This document shows, one piece after another, positions 18,510 to 30,917 of a stretch of DNA of 64,000 nucleotides. Both the position numbers and the translations under genes were made by a program. Origin of the DNA: Alphaproteobacteria bacterium. GTDB taxonomy: Bacteria; Pseudomonadota; Alphaproteobacteria; CACIAM-22H2. The stretch spans positions 59,424 to 123,423 of the forward strand of contig DATJPD010000100.1 in the NCBI GenBank assembly GCA_035506575.1, written 5' to 3'. The notes below the pieces were generated by a model that worked only from the letters and a program-made list of their open reading frames with translations, searched no databases and had not been told where the DNA came from. Every line of letters begins with the position of its first letter. The stretch's first letter is position 1.

Positions 18510-19168
18510 TTCGAGTCTCCTTTGCGCGCCTTGGAGTCGCGGGGGGGCCGGCGCACCGCCCTCACCTTGCCGCTCGAGCCGCCGCCGCAGAAGAAGCGGG
18601 CGCCGCCGTCGGACTCGAGCCCTGACACGGCGATGCCAGACGGCATCTCGAGCCTCTCCAGCACCTCCCCCGTCGCCGGATCGATCCGCCGCAGGTCGCT
18701 CTGCTCGCCCTCCCAGGTGCCGTGCCAGAGCTCGCCGTCGACCCATGTGACCCCGGTGACGAAGCGGTTGGAGTCGATGGTGCGCAGGATGGCTCCGGTC
18801 TCGGGGTCGACCTGGTGGATCTTGCGGCGCCGATGCTGTCCGACCCACAGCATCCCTTCGGCCCACGCCATGCCCGAGGCGCCGCCCTCGGGGGCGGGAA
18901 TCGTGGACAGCACGCGGCCGGTCTCCAGGTCGATCTTCTGGATGCGCTCGTCGCCGATCTGGTACAGGTGCTTGCCGTCGAACGCCGTCCCGGCATGCGC
19001 GGGGACATCCAGCGAGCGCACGGTCTTGCCGCTGTCGGGGTCGAGGGCGTTCAACCTGGCACCGGATGCGAACCAGACGTGCCGGCCGTCATAGCTGACG
19101 CCGCCCACGTTCTCGACACCCGGGAACGGTCCGTACTCCTGGATGATCTCGGCCTCTGATGTTTTCAT
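18506..19168 (-). CDS. Glutaminyl-peptide cyclotransferase-like beta-propeller protein
   Basis: Bacterial-type QC pattern (YDGKHLYQ...DLETGRVL...RIDPATGEVL); 220 aa; 4-nt overlap with the downstream hydrolase. Confidence 0.55.
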   Translation of the reverse strand: MKTSEAEIIQEYGPFPGVENVGGVSYDGRHVWFASGARLNALDPDSGKTVRSLDVPAHAGTAFDGKHLYQIGDERIQKIDLETGRVLSTIPAPEGGASGMAWAEGMLWVGQHRRRKIHQVDPETGAILRTIDSNRFVTGVTWVDGELWHGTWEGEQSDLRRIDPATGEVLERLEMPSGIAVSGLESDGGARFFCGGGSSGKVRAVRRPPRDSKARKGDSK

Positions 19169-19206
19169 GAGTGCATCCTCGCCACTGAACGATTGACGGC
19201 GCGATC

Positions 19207-20427
19207 CTAGCCGCCTGGGAGCGGCGCCGGGAGTAACAAGGTTGTCGCGAATCCCGGCACGGGCGGCGTCGTCCAGCGGCGAACCCGGCCGCGACCGAGC
19301 GACTGCACCTTGCCCGCCGCCGCGAGCGCATCGAGCGCCCGCTGCACGGTCCGCTGGCTGGCACCGAGCGCCAGCGCCAGCGCCGAGCTCGACCACGACT
19401 CGCCGTCGGCGAGGAAGGCGAGCACCGCCGCGTGCTCCTCTTCGACCGGCCGCGCCAGCACGACGGCCTCGCGGGCGCGGCGCGGCAGGAGGGCGAAGCC
19501 GCGCGTGGTCGCGGTCACGCCGGCCAGGCTGCGCAGCGCCGCGCGCAGCCGCGCCACCTCGACCCTGAGCCGCGCGCGGTGCGAGTCGTCGACGAACTTG
19601 CCGCCGAATGCGCGGGCGATCAGCGCGTCCCGCGGCACGTCGCCGGGCCACGCCTCGGCGAGCGCGCGGGCGAGCGCGAACAGCACCGGACGCCTGATCA
19701 GCGACACCACGGTGCCCGCGTTCCGCACCGCATGGCGGCACGCATCCACGACGAGCGCGTCAGAGGCGAGCAGGGTTTCGACCTCCGCCAGCAGGAGCGG
19801 CCGCTCCCGGCCGCGCGCGATCAGGCGCGCCGCCGGCGCCTCCAGAACGCCCGCGGCACTCTCGACCTCGGCCGTGAGCGCCGGAATGCCCGCCTCGCGC
19901 GCGGCGGCCGCGGCGCGGGCGAGGGCCGCGCGCGCCGCCTTGGTCCGCAGGCGCCGCATCGCGATGCCCGCCGCTGCCAGCTCGTGCACGGCCCGCGACG
20001 CCGGAGGAAAGGCGGCGGCGTCGAGCCTCGTGAGATTGCGCTCGGCCTCATCGAGCCGTCCGATCAGAAGGAGTCGCCGGACCTCGAGGGTGCGCGCGTG
20101 CGCGGCATTCACCCGGTCGCCATGCGCATCGAGCGTGGCCCGTGCCGCCTCCAGCGCCTTCGCGGGCCAGGCGAGGTCGCGCGACACGAGCGCCACCTCG
20201 GCCTCGGCGACGACGCAGCGCGCGCGGGCCACCGCCTCCCGCGGTCCGAAGGCGCGCGCCGCCCGCCGCAGAAGGGCCCTGGCCCGGACGAAGTCTCCGA
20301 GCTGCGCCATCGCGATGCCGCGCAGCGCCAGCGCCGGTGCGTCGTCGCGGAGTGCGATCCGCTGCAGCGCGCCAAGCGGGTCACCCGCGGCAAGGGCACG
20401 CGCCCCGGATGTGATCAGCGAATCCAT
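19207..20427 (-). CDS. Putative regulator: Ala-rich helical-repeat N-domain + C-terminal winged HTH
   Basis: C-terminal SSSALALALGASQRTVQRALDALAAAGKV...RGRVRRW; 406 aa. Confidence 0.5.
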   Translation of the reverse strand: MDSLITSGARALAAGDPLGALQRIALRDDAPALALRGIAMAQLGDFVRARALLRRAARAFGPREAVARARCVVAEAEVALVSRDLAWPAKALEAARATLDAHGDRVNAAHARTLEVRRLLLIGRLDEAERNLTRLDAAAFPPASRAVHELAAAGIAMRRLRTKAARAALARAAAAAREAGIPALTAEVESAAGVLEAPAARLIARGRERPLLLAEVETLLASDALVVDACRHAVRNAGTVVSLIRRPVLFALARALAEAWPGDVPRDALIARAFGGKFVDDSHRARLRVEVARLRAALRSLAGVTATTRGFALLPRRAREAVVLARPVEEEHAAVLAFLADGESWSSSALALALGASQRTVQRALDALAAAGKVQSLGRGRVRRWTTPPVPGFATTLLLPAPLPGG

Positions 20428-20566
20428 GGAGGGGCCCCCAATACCGGCACCCGGAATCCCGACACAGTTGTAACTCCCGCCTGTTGCCTGCGCGTCCCTA
20501 CTCTATCCGACAACACTTGGCCACGGGCCAGCCCGGGGCCGACCTCGGGCAGAAGAGGAATGCACG

Positions 20567-20815
20567 ATGACGATCGCCGATATTCCATGTCTCGCGGCGG
20601 CACCCACCTTCGCCGCCATGGGACTCCTGACGGCCCTGTCCGGCAGCGGTCCGCAGGACATCCTCTGCGGCGCCGCGCACGGAGCCTCGCCGCTGAGCGG
20701 GATGGCCGCCATGTACCTCCTGATGAGTGCCGCCCACCTGGCGCCCTGGCTGAAGCTGCTCGCCGGCCGGCCGCGGAACCTGTCCTTCTCCCTCACCCCC
20801 ACCAACAAGGAGTAG
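20567..20815 (+). CDS. Small hydrophobic protein (82 aa)
   Basis: GAGGAA RBS 7 nt upstream; stop is 3 nt before the DUF899 start. Confidence 0.4.
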   Translation: MTIADIPCLAAAPTFAAMGLLTALSGSGPQDILCGAAHGASPLSGMAAMYLLMSAAHLAPWLKLLAGRPRNLSFSLTPTNKE

Positions 20816-20818
20816 CCC

Positions 20819-21595
20819 ATGACGACGCACACCACCGGAACGCGCGAAGACTGGCTGGCCGCGCGGCTCAGCCTGCTCAAGGAGGAAAAGGAGCTGACGC
20901 GGCGGAGCGACGAGCTGGCCCGGCGGCGGCAGGAGTTGCCGTGGGTCCGGGTCGACAAGACCTACCGCTTCGAGACCGACGAGGGGACGACGTCGCTCGA
21001 CGGCCTGTTCCGCGGCCGCTCGCAGCTCCTCGTCTACCATTTCATGTTCGGTCCCGACTGGCAGGCGGGCTGCCCCTCGTGCTCGATGATCGCCGACGGG
21101 TTCAACGGCTTCACCACCCACCTCGCCAACCACGACGTGATGCTGTGGGCGGTGTCGCGGGCGCCGCTCGCCAAGCTGCAGGCCTACAAGAAGCGGATGG
21201 GCTGGAGCTTCCCGTGGGCGTCGTCGGGCGCCAGCGACTTCAATTTCGACTTCAGCGTCTCGTTCACCGAGGAGCAGCAGCGCGAGGGGCGCGTCGAGTA
21301 CAACTACGAGCGCCAGGGCCAGGCGATGCAAGTGGACTCGAAGGTCCTCGCCGCGGTGCCGGCACCGGGCGCTCAGTTTGCCGCGTCCTGCGGAACGGAT
21401 CTGGCGTCGTTCCGGCGCGACCGGCCGGGGCTCAGCGCGTTCGCGCGCGAGGACGGCGCCGTCTATCACACCTATTCCACCTACGCGCGCGGCGTGGACG
21501 GGATCTGGGGCGTCTATCCGTGGCTCGACAGGGCCCCCAAGGGGCGCAACGAGACGGGCGTGTGGTGGAAGCGCCACGACGAGTACGGGCGCTGA
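20819..21595 (+). CDS. DUF899 thioredoxin-like domain protein
   Basis: AAGGAG RBS; HFMFGPDWQAGCPSCS motif typical of DUF899. Confidence 0.75.
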   Translation: MTTHTTGTREDWLAARLSLLKEEKELTRRSDELARRRQELPWVRVDKTYRFETDEGTTSLDGLFRGRSQLLVYHFMFGPDWQAGCPSCSMIADGFNGFTTHLANHDVMLWAVSRAPLAKLQAYKKRMGWSFPWASSGASDFNFDFSVSFTEEQQREGRVEYNYERQGQAMQVDSKVLAAVPAPGAQFAASCGTDLASFRRDRPGLSAFAREDGAVYHTYSTYARGVDGIWGVYPWLDRAPKGRNETGVWWKRHDEYGR

Positions 21596-21607
21596 GGCCG
21601 GGACCGC

Positions 21608-22878
<1,271 letters not shown>

Positions 22879-23823
22879 ATGCCGCTCGACACCGTTCCGA
22901 CCTATGCGCTCTACGGAGAAACCGCCGACAGGGCACAGGAACAATGGCTCCATTGCGAGTCCATCGCCGCCCGCAGCGCGCTCTATGACTGGCAGATCAA
23001 GGCGCACCGCCACCAGCACTTCTTTCAATTTCTGCACATAGGCCGCGGTGCCGCCCACATCTTCCTCGACGGCCGCTGGACGGCAGCACCCGTCCCGGCG
23101 GTGATCACCCTGCCGCCGCAGGTCGTGCACGGGTTCCGCTTCGCGCGCGAGGTCGAGGGGCACGTGGTGACGGTGCCGATCGAACATGTCGAGCGGCTGC
23201 TGGGGGGCAGTCCCCGGGCGCGTGACTGGGTGGTGCGGTCGCGCGTGCTGCCGCTCGGCGGCCACCCCGAGGCCTCGCGCATCGCGGCCGAGGTGGCGGC
23301 CCTGGCGGCGGAGTTCGCAGGCCACGCGGCGTGGCGTTCGCCGCTCATCGAGGCGCATCTGACGGCGCTCCTCCTCCTCTCCGCCCGGCTCGCCGCGGCG
23401 GACACGGCGCGCGACTCCGGCGGCTCGCCGCTCGGCCGGCGCGCCGCTGCGTTCCGCGCACTCGTCGACCGCCACTATCGCCAGCGACTGCCGGTCGCGT
23501 ACTACGCAGCCCAGCTCGGCACGTCGCAGACCCATCTCAACCGGATCTGCCGCGCCGCGTTCCAGGACTCGGCGCTTGGCGTCATCGACCGGCGCGTCGT
23601 GCTCGAGGCGACGCGCGACCTGACCTTCACCGTGCTGTCGGTGAAGGAGATCGCAGGCTCGCTCGGCTTCGACGATCCGGCGTATTTCTCGCGCTTCTTC
23701 ACCAGGCATGTCGGCCTGTCGCCGGCGCGCTTCCGGCGGCGGGAGATGCGCAAGCCGGAGCGGAAGACGGCAGACGCGCCTAGGATCCGGAGGTCGCGGC
23801 GCGCCAGCCCAATCCCGGCGTGA
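22879..23823 (+). CDS. pobR: AraC-family transcriptional activator PobR
   Basis: Two AraC HTH motifs at the C-terminus, divergent from pobA. Start is ambiguous (TTG 22780, ATG 22813, 22834 or 22879). Confidence 0.7.
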   Translation: MPLDTVPTYALYGETADRAQEQWLHCESIAARSALYDWQIKAHRHQHFFQFLHIGRGAAHIFLDGRWTAAPVPAVITLPPQVVHGFRFAREVEGHVVTVPIEHVERLLGGSPRARDWVVRSRVLPLGGHPEASRIAAEVAALAAEFAGHAAWRSPLIEAHLTALLLLSARLAAADTARDSGGSPLGRRAAAFRALVDRHYRQRLPVAYYAAQLGTSQTHLNRICRAAFQDSALGVIDRRVVLEATRDLTFTVLSVKEIAGSLGFDDPAYFSRFFTRHVGLSPARFRRREMRKPERKTADAPRIRRSRRASPIPA

Positions 23824-24892
23824 TCGCGCGCGCATCCCCCTCGCCCAGCGCGACCGGCTGCAGGAGTCCGGTGTCGACCGCCTCCTGGGTGAACTCGCGC
23901 AACGTGCGTACGCGCGCGGCCGGCACGCCGGCCGCGTTCAGCCGCCGCTCCAGATCCGTGGCCGAGTGCGCGGCCAGCTGCGCCGTCAGCAGCTCGCGGA
24001 ACGCCTGCGGGTCGCGCGCGCGGGCAAAGGCCGGGGAACGATCGGATTCCTGGTCCAAAAGGGGTGCGAATTCCGCCGGGGCCACGCCCAGCACCTCCAT
24101 CAGCCGGGCGATGTGCGCCGGCGTGTTCGCGCCGATCGCGAGCCAGCCGCCGCGGCAGGCAAAGATGTCGGCCGCGGGGCTGCCCGAATATCCCTTGTTG
24201 CCGACGCGCGCGATCTCCTGGCCGGAGGCCAGGGTCTCGCAGGCGAAGGGATACATCAGCTGCAAGGCGCTGGCCCACATGCTCACGTCGAGGAAGGAGC
24301 CGGCGCCCGTACGGTCGCGCTCCCGGAGTGCGGTCACGATCGCCAGCGCCCCGATGATGCCGGTGGCGGCGTCGATGACCGGAAACCCGGTCTTGACCGG
24401 CGGATCGCCGTCGCAGCCGGCCAGCATGGTCATGCCGGTCAACGCCTGGATCACGTGATCGTAGGCGCCGTGCGGCGTCCGCTCGGGATCGGCGTAGCCG
24501 TAGCCCGAAATCGCGCAGTAGACGATCCGCGGGTTGACGGACTTGACGTCGTCGTAGGCGAGGCCGTGCCGCGCCAGAACGCCCGGGCGATAATTGTCCA
24601 CCATCACGTCGGCCGCGCGCGCGAGGGCCAGCACCTCCGCGCGGCCGGCGGCAGAGGCGATGTCGATCTCGCGCATCCGCTTGCCGGCATTGAGCGCCGT
24701 GAAGGCGCGGGCGCCGGAGGCGGTGCGCCGCATCACGTCGCCGCCGCCGGGCTTTTCCACCTTCGTGACCTCGGCCCCCATCTGCGCGAGGTAGAAGGTG
24801 GCGAAGGGACCTGCGATCACATGGCTGAAGTCGAGCACGCGCACGCCGCGCAGGGCCTGCGGCGGCGGGTGGAATGCGGGAGCCGCCGTCAC
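23780..24892 (-). CDS. CoA-transferase family III (CaiB/BaiF) protein
   Basis: RVLDFSHVIAGPFATFYLAQMGAEV...GYG motifs. GTG start overlaps the upstream TctC stop (GTGA). The rest of ORF 23780..26728 is artefact. Confidence 0.75.
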   Translation of the reverse strand: MTAAPAFHPPPQALRGVRVLDFSHVIAGPFATFYLAQMGAEVTKVEKPGGGDVMRRTASGARAFTALNAGKRMREIDIASAAGRAEVLALARAADVMVDNYRPGVLARHGLAYDDVKSVNPRIVYCAISGYGYADPERTPHGAYDHVIQALTGMTMLAGCDGDPPVKTGFPVIDAATGIIGALAIVTALRERDRTGAGSFLDVSMWASALQLMYPFACETLASGQEIARVGNKGYSGSPAADIFACRGGWLAIGANTPAHIARLMEVLGVAPAEFAPLLDQESDRSPAFARARDPQAFRELLTAQLAAHSATDLERRLNAAGVPAARVRTLREFTQEAVDTGLLQPVALGEGDARAITPGLGWRAATSGS

Positions 24893-25887
24893 TTGTACCC
24901 GACCAGGCCGGCGCCCTTGACGATGTTCCCGAGCTTCACCGTCTCGGCCTCCATGAACCGCGTGAAGTCGGACGGAGACTCGCTGAGCGCCACAAAGGCG
25001 CCCAGAGTCTCGCTGTCGGCGCGCAAGGTCACGTCGGCATAGGTGTCGACCGTCGCGCGGAAAAGGGCGTCCACGATCTTCGCCGGCGTGCCGGCCGGGG
25101 CCCAAAGGCCGAACCAGGAGTCGAGCTCCAGGTCCCGGGTCTTGAACACCTCGGCGAGCGTGGGGACGTCCGGGAGGGACGGCATGCGCCTGGCGCTCGA
25201 CACGGCCAGCGGCCGCACCGTGCCGGCCTGGATCTGCGGGATCGCCGTGGAGGCGATCGGGAACGCGAACTGCGTGGCGCCGGAGATGATCGAGGGCACG
25301 ATCTCGACCGAGCCCTTGTACGGCACGTGGACCACGTCGATCTTCGCCCGCAACACCATCGCCGCGGCGCATAGATGCGCGGCACTGCCCACGCCACCCG
25401 AGGCATAGTTGAGCTTCCCGGGCTCCCGCTTCGCGGCGGCCACAAGGTCTTCGGCGGTCTTGTAGGGGGAGTCGGCCTTCACCACGAGGATCGAGGGGCT
25501 GAAGGCGGTGCGCGTGACGTGCGCGAAGTCCTTCATCGGATCGAAACCCACGCCCGGGTCCATGGCTCTCTGCACGATGTGCGTGGAGGCGCCCAGAAGA
25601 AGGGTGTAGCCGTCCGGCGGCTTGCGCGCCACGAGCTGGGCCGCGACGATGCCGCCCGCGCCGACGACGTTGTCGACCACGACGTTGCTCTTGCCGAGTG
25701 CCTCGGCGAGCCTGGGCGCCATCTTGCGCGTGAGCACGTCGGGCCCGCCGCCGGCCGCATACGGCACGATGAGCCGGATGGGACGGCTGGGATAGTCGCT
25801 GCCCTGTCCGAAGGCCCGGAGCGGCAGCCCGAGACAAGCGGCCCCGAGGCTGAGGGCGCCCAGATTGAACTGACGGCGCGTCGGCAT
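24889..25887 (-). CDS. Bug/TctC-family substrate-binding protein
   Basis: Signal peptide and PIRLIVPYAAGGGPD motif; 332 aa. Confidence 0.8.
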   Translation of the reverse strand: MPTRRQFNLGALSLGAACLGLPLRAFGQGSDYPSRPIRLIVPYAAGGGPDVLTRKMAPRLAEALGKSNVVVDNVVGAGGIVAAQLVARKPPDGYTLLLGASTHIVQRAMDPGVGFDPMKDFAHVTRTAFSPSILVVKADSPYKTAEDLVAAAKREPGKLNYASGGVGSAAHLCAAAMVLRAKIDVVHVPYKGSVEIVPSIISGATQFAFPIASTAIPQIQAGTVRPLAVSSARRMPSLPDVPTLAEVFKTRDLELDSWFGLWAPAGTPAKIVDALFRATVDTYADVTLRADSETLGAFVALSESPSDFTRFMEAETVKLGNIVKGAGLVGYK

Positions 25888-25904
25888 GTGTCCTCCCCCT
25901 TGGA

Positions 25905-25945
25905 ATTTCTTTATCTGGCAAGTGTAGGACGGCCGGGAGATAAGT
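25905..25945. promoter_or_regulatory. Inverted repeat TTATCT-N21-AGATAA in the LysR/TctC divergent region (candidate LysR-type site)
   Basis: Lies between tctC (start 25887, minus) and lysR (start 25988). Weak. Confidence 0.25.
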
Positions 25946-25987
25946 AGGACTGAAATACTCTGAACGAGTCATTAGAACGCCTAAATC

Positions 25988-26923
25988 ATGGCCGCCTCCC
26001 TTCCCGCCCGCTTCGCGCAGCTCCGGCTGCGCGACCTCATGCTGCTCGAGCACCTGGACGAGCTCGGCTCGCTGACCGGGGCGGCGGCGCGCCTGCACGT
26101 GACGCAATCGGCCGTCACGCAGGCGCTGCAGTCGCTCGAGAAAGCGTTCGGCGCGCGGCTGGTGGCGCGCGGGCGGCGCGGCCAGCGCGGCGTGTCGCTC
26201 CTGCCCGCCGGTGCGGCGGCCCTCATGCACCTGCGCGTCGCCCGCCACGAGCTGGAGGCCGCCCTGGCGGCGGCGTCCGACCCGGGTACGCTGGAGCTGC
26301 GCATCGGGGCGCTGCCGCTGACGCTCGTGCGGCCGCTGCCCGACGCGCTGGCACGGCTGCGCCGGCGGCTGCCGCAGGTGCATGTGCGCCTGACCGAAGA
26401 CACGGTGCCGAATCTGTGGCGGCAGCTCGAGGCGGGCGAGTTCGATGCGATCGCCTGCCGGCTGCCCGCGCTCAGCGAGCACCAGCGGCTGCCCGACGGC
26501 GTCGCCCACCGGACGATCGGCCACGAATCGCTGGTCCTGGTCTGCGGCCGCGGTCATCCGGTGGCGCGCCGGCGCAAGCCGGCGCTCGCCGTGCTCCGCG
26601 ACTACGACTGGGTGCTTCCGCCCGAGGGCTCCTACACGCGCCTCGCGATCGAGCAGGCGTTCCTGCGCGCCGGGCTCAACGGCCCGCGCGCCGCCGTCAC
26701 GTCGATGAGCTTCCACGCCAACCTGCACCTGGTGGCCGAGGGCAGCCTGCTCGCCGTGGCGCCGCGCTCGGCCGCACTCGCGGTGCGGGAGGTGCTCGAC
26801 CTGGTGCTGTTCCCGATGGACTGGGGCCGCGAGGACACCGACGTGACCTTGGTCTGGCGCGAGGCCAGCCTCGGCAACCCGGCGCTCGTGGCCCTGCTCG
26901 ACTGCGTCAAACCGCAGCCGTGA
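25988..26923 (+). CDS. LysR-family transcriptional regulator
   Basis: N-terminal HTH LGSLTGAAARLHVTQSAVTQALQSLE plus a substrate-binding domain; 311 aa. Confidence 0.85.
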   Translation: MAASLPARFAQLRLRDLMLLEHLDELGSLTGAAARLHVTQSAVTQALQSLEKAFGARLVARGRRGQRGVSLLPAGAAALMHLRVARHELEAALAAASDPGTLELRIGALPLTLVRPLPDALARLRRRLPQVHVRLTEDTVPNLWRQLEAGEFDAIACRLPALSEHQRLPDGVAHRTIGHESLVLVCGRGHPVARRRKPALAVLRDYDWVLPPEGSYTRLAIEQAFLRAGLNGPRAAVTSMSFHANLHLVAEGSLLAVAPRSAALAVREVLDLVLFPMDWGREDTDVTLVWREASLGNPALVALLDCVKPQP

Positions 26924-26956
26924 CCGATGGCGCGGCGGCGGGCGAGGCGCCTGTGG

Positions 26957-27307
26957 CTAGCGGCCGGCGTCGTCCGCGTCGCCCGCGAGGTTGCTCTCCG
27001 CCATCGGGATGATCGTGCGCGAGAGCTCGCTCGCGACCATGCGGCCGGGATGCTCCTTGGACTCGCACGACGCGGACCGCAGGCGGACGACCAGGCCGTT
27101 CGAGAGCGGGCGATCCCAGTTGAAGACGACGCAGCGCTCGCCGGAAGGGCCGCGCATCTCGCCGTCCGTCCGCGCGGCGTAGTTGCCGCGCTCGCTGCCG
27201 AGGCCGTGCTCGACGCTCAACGGACGAGGGGCGGGCGGCGGCGCGGCCGCGCAAGCGCACAACATAAGCCCGATCGTTCCCGCGCAGCCCGCGACCGGCA
27301 GCCGCAT
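26957..27307 (-). CDS. Hypothetical lipoprotein (116 aa)
   Basis: MRLPVAGCAGTIGLMLCAC signal/lipobox-like N-terminus; internal start of ORF 26957..27472. Confidence 0.4.
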   Translation of the reverse strand: MRLPVAGCAGTIGLMLCACAAAPPPAPRPLSVEHGLGSERGNYAARTDGEMRGPSGERCVVFNWDRPLSNGLVVRLRSASCESKEHPGRMVASELSRTIIPMAESNLAGDADDAGR

Positions 27308-27464
27308 CGGCGTCCCCTCGCCCAGTTCGCGCGCAGCCTGACCGGCGAATGCGGCATTTTTGCGAGCACCGCGCGCAAACGCCGGCGCGGCGCGGCACCT
27401 TGACCCCTCAAAATAATATAACCTGGGCGCGAGTGCTGAGAGGCCTCTCTGGGCGGTTTTGCTA

Positions 27465-27525
27465 GCCATCAATAAAAACGATCAATCTCAACTTGATTAT
27501 CAATTAGAGCGATTCAAAACCGCCC
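27465..27525. promoter_or_regulatory. AT-rich katG upstream region with three direct ATCAAT repeats and one inverted TTGAT
   Basis: ccATCAATaaaaacgATCAATctcaacTTGATtATCAATtagagcGATTcaaaac, about 50-110 bp upstream of the katG ATG. Confidence 0.35.
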
Positions 27526-27535
27526 GCTAGAGTGA

Positions 27536-29746
<2,211 letters not shown>

Positions 29747-29857
29747 CCTCCGCGCCGACGCGGGTGGCGGCGCCGCGCGCACGGGTTCGCCCGCGGGCCG
29801 GCGCCGCCGGGTCGTCCCAGTCGACAATCGGCGCAATCGCGCTTAACACTTCGCCTC

Positions 29858-30904
29858 GTGCTCACGGTCTCAGCACCCCCGCAGCTCGCGTTCCTGCAGC
29901 GCAGCCGGTACTCCGACCTGACGCCGGTGACCTTGACCGTGACCGGACCGGCCGGGACGGTGATCGACGTGTCATGGCGCACGGCCGAGGGCGAGGCGGC
30001 ACCGCTCAGCGACTGGCAGCCAGCCGCGGGGCTGGCCGGGTCGCGACTGCCGCCGTCCGGAACCGCCGAAATCACGCTGCCGATCCCGACCGGCGGGCCT
30101 TTTGTCGCGGCGGTGCGCGACCACGCCGCACCGGCGGACCAGGCGGTGGCGGCCGCGCCAGTCATCGCGGGCGACATCCATCTCTGGGCCGGCCAGTCGC
30201 TCGGCGAGCACATGTACGCGAGCGCCGACAACCGCACGCCTCCGCCCCCGCCCACCTCGCGCATGTGGACGCCGGGCGCCACATCGTGGGCCGTGCCGAC
30301 CGGCAGCGGCGCCAATACGTTTCTGCAGCTCCTGTCCCTGATGACTCCCGGCGTGCCGCACGCGATCCAGTTCGCGACGTTCGGCGGCCGGGCCTTGACC
30401 CCAGAGGCCTACAAGGCCTGGGGCGAGCAGGGGCCGCAGCCCGGGTTTTTCCTCGATCCCGACGGCGCCCTGTTGCGGCGTATCGAGGACGACCTGCGCG
30501 CGAGCCGGAATGGCGCGGCGGGCTTCGATGCCTGCGACATCATCTGGGACCAGGGACAGCACGATACGCTCAGCTACCTGACGCCGACGACCGGCGTGCG
30601 CGCGGACACCTACGCGCGCGCGGTGGCCGAGATCGTTGCGCGGCTCAGATCCCTGATCGTCCGCCCCAACCCGTTCGTGTTCATCGCCCCCATCGGGGTC
30701 ACGCTTTACAACGTGCAGGGCCAGGTGCCGAACGCGCTCGAGATCCGCCACGGCCAGGAGCAGGCGGCAAAGCTGATCCCCAACGCGCGGCTGCTGCCGC
30801 GCTCGAGCGATCTCGAGGTCCCCGACCTCGTGCACCACTCGGCGGCGGCCAATGCGGTCCGCGGCGCCCGCTTCGCCGCGGCAGTGTACGTCGCGGAATA
30901 CTGA
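29858..30904 (+). CDS. Hypothetical protein with SASA/DUF303-like carbohydrate-esterase GQS motif
   Basis: HLWAGQSLGEHMY resembles the sialate O-acetylesterase GQSN block. GTG start is uncertain. Confidence 0.4.
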   Translation: MLTVSAPPQLAFLQRSRYSDLTPVTLTVTGPAGTVIDVSWRTAEGEAAPLSDWQPAAGLAGSRLPPSGTAEITLPIPTGGPFVAAVRDHAAPADQAVAAAPVIAGDIHLWAGQSLGEHMYASADNRTPPPPPTSRMWTPGATSWAVPTGSGANTFLQLLSLMTPGVPHAIQFATFGGRALTPEAYKAWGEQGPQPGFFLDPDGALLRRIEDDLRASRNGAAGFDACDIIWDQGQHDTLSYLTPTTGVRADTYARAVAEIVARLRSLIVRPNPFVFIAPIGVTLYNVQGQVPNALEIRHGQEQAAKLIPNARLLPRSSDLEVPDLVHHSAAANAVRGARFAAAVYVAEY

Positions 30905-30917
30905 GTGAGACCTGCGC

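Noticed and set aside
24893-26728. Upstream 600 codons of the 982-aa minus ORF 23780..26728
   Set aside because: Only the last 370 codons form a CoA-transferase with a GTG start coupled to the upstream gene. The rest overlaps a bona fide TctC gene and the LysR gene in other frames and is Arg-rich artefact.
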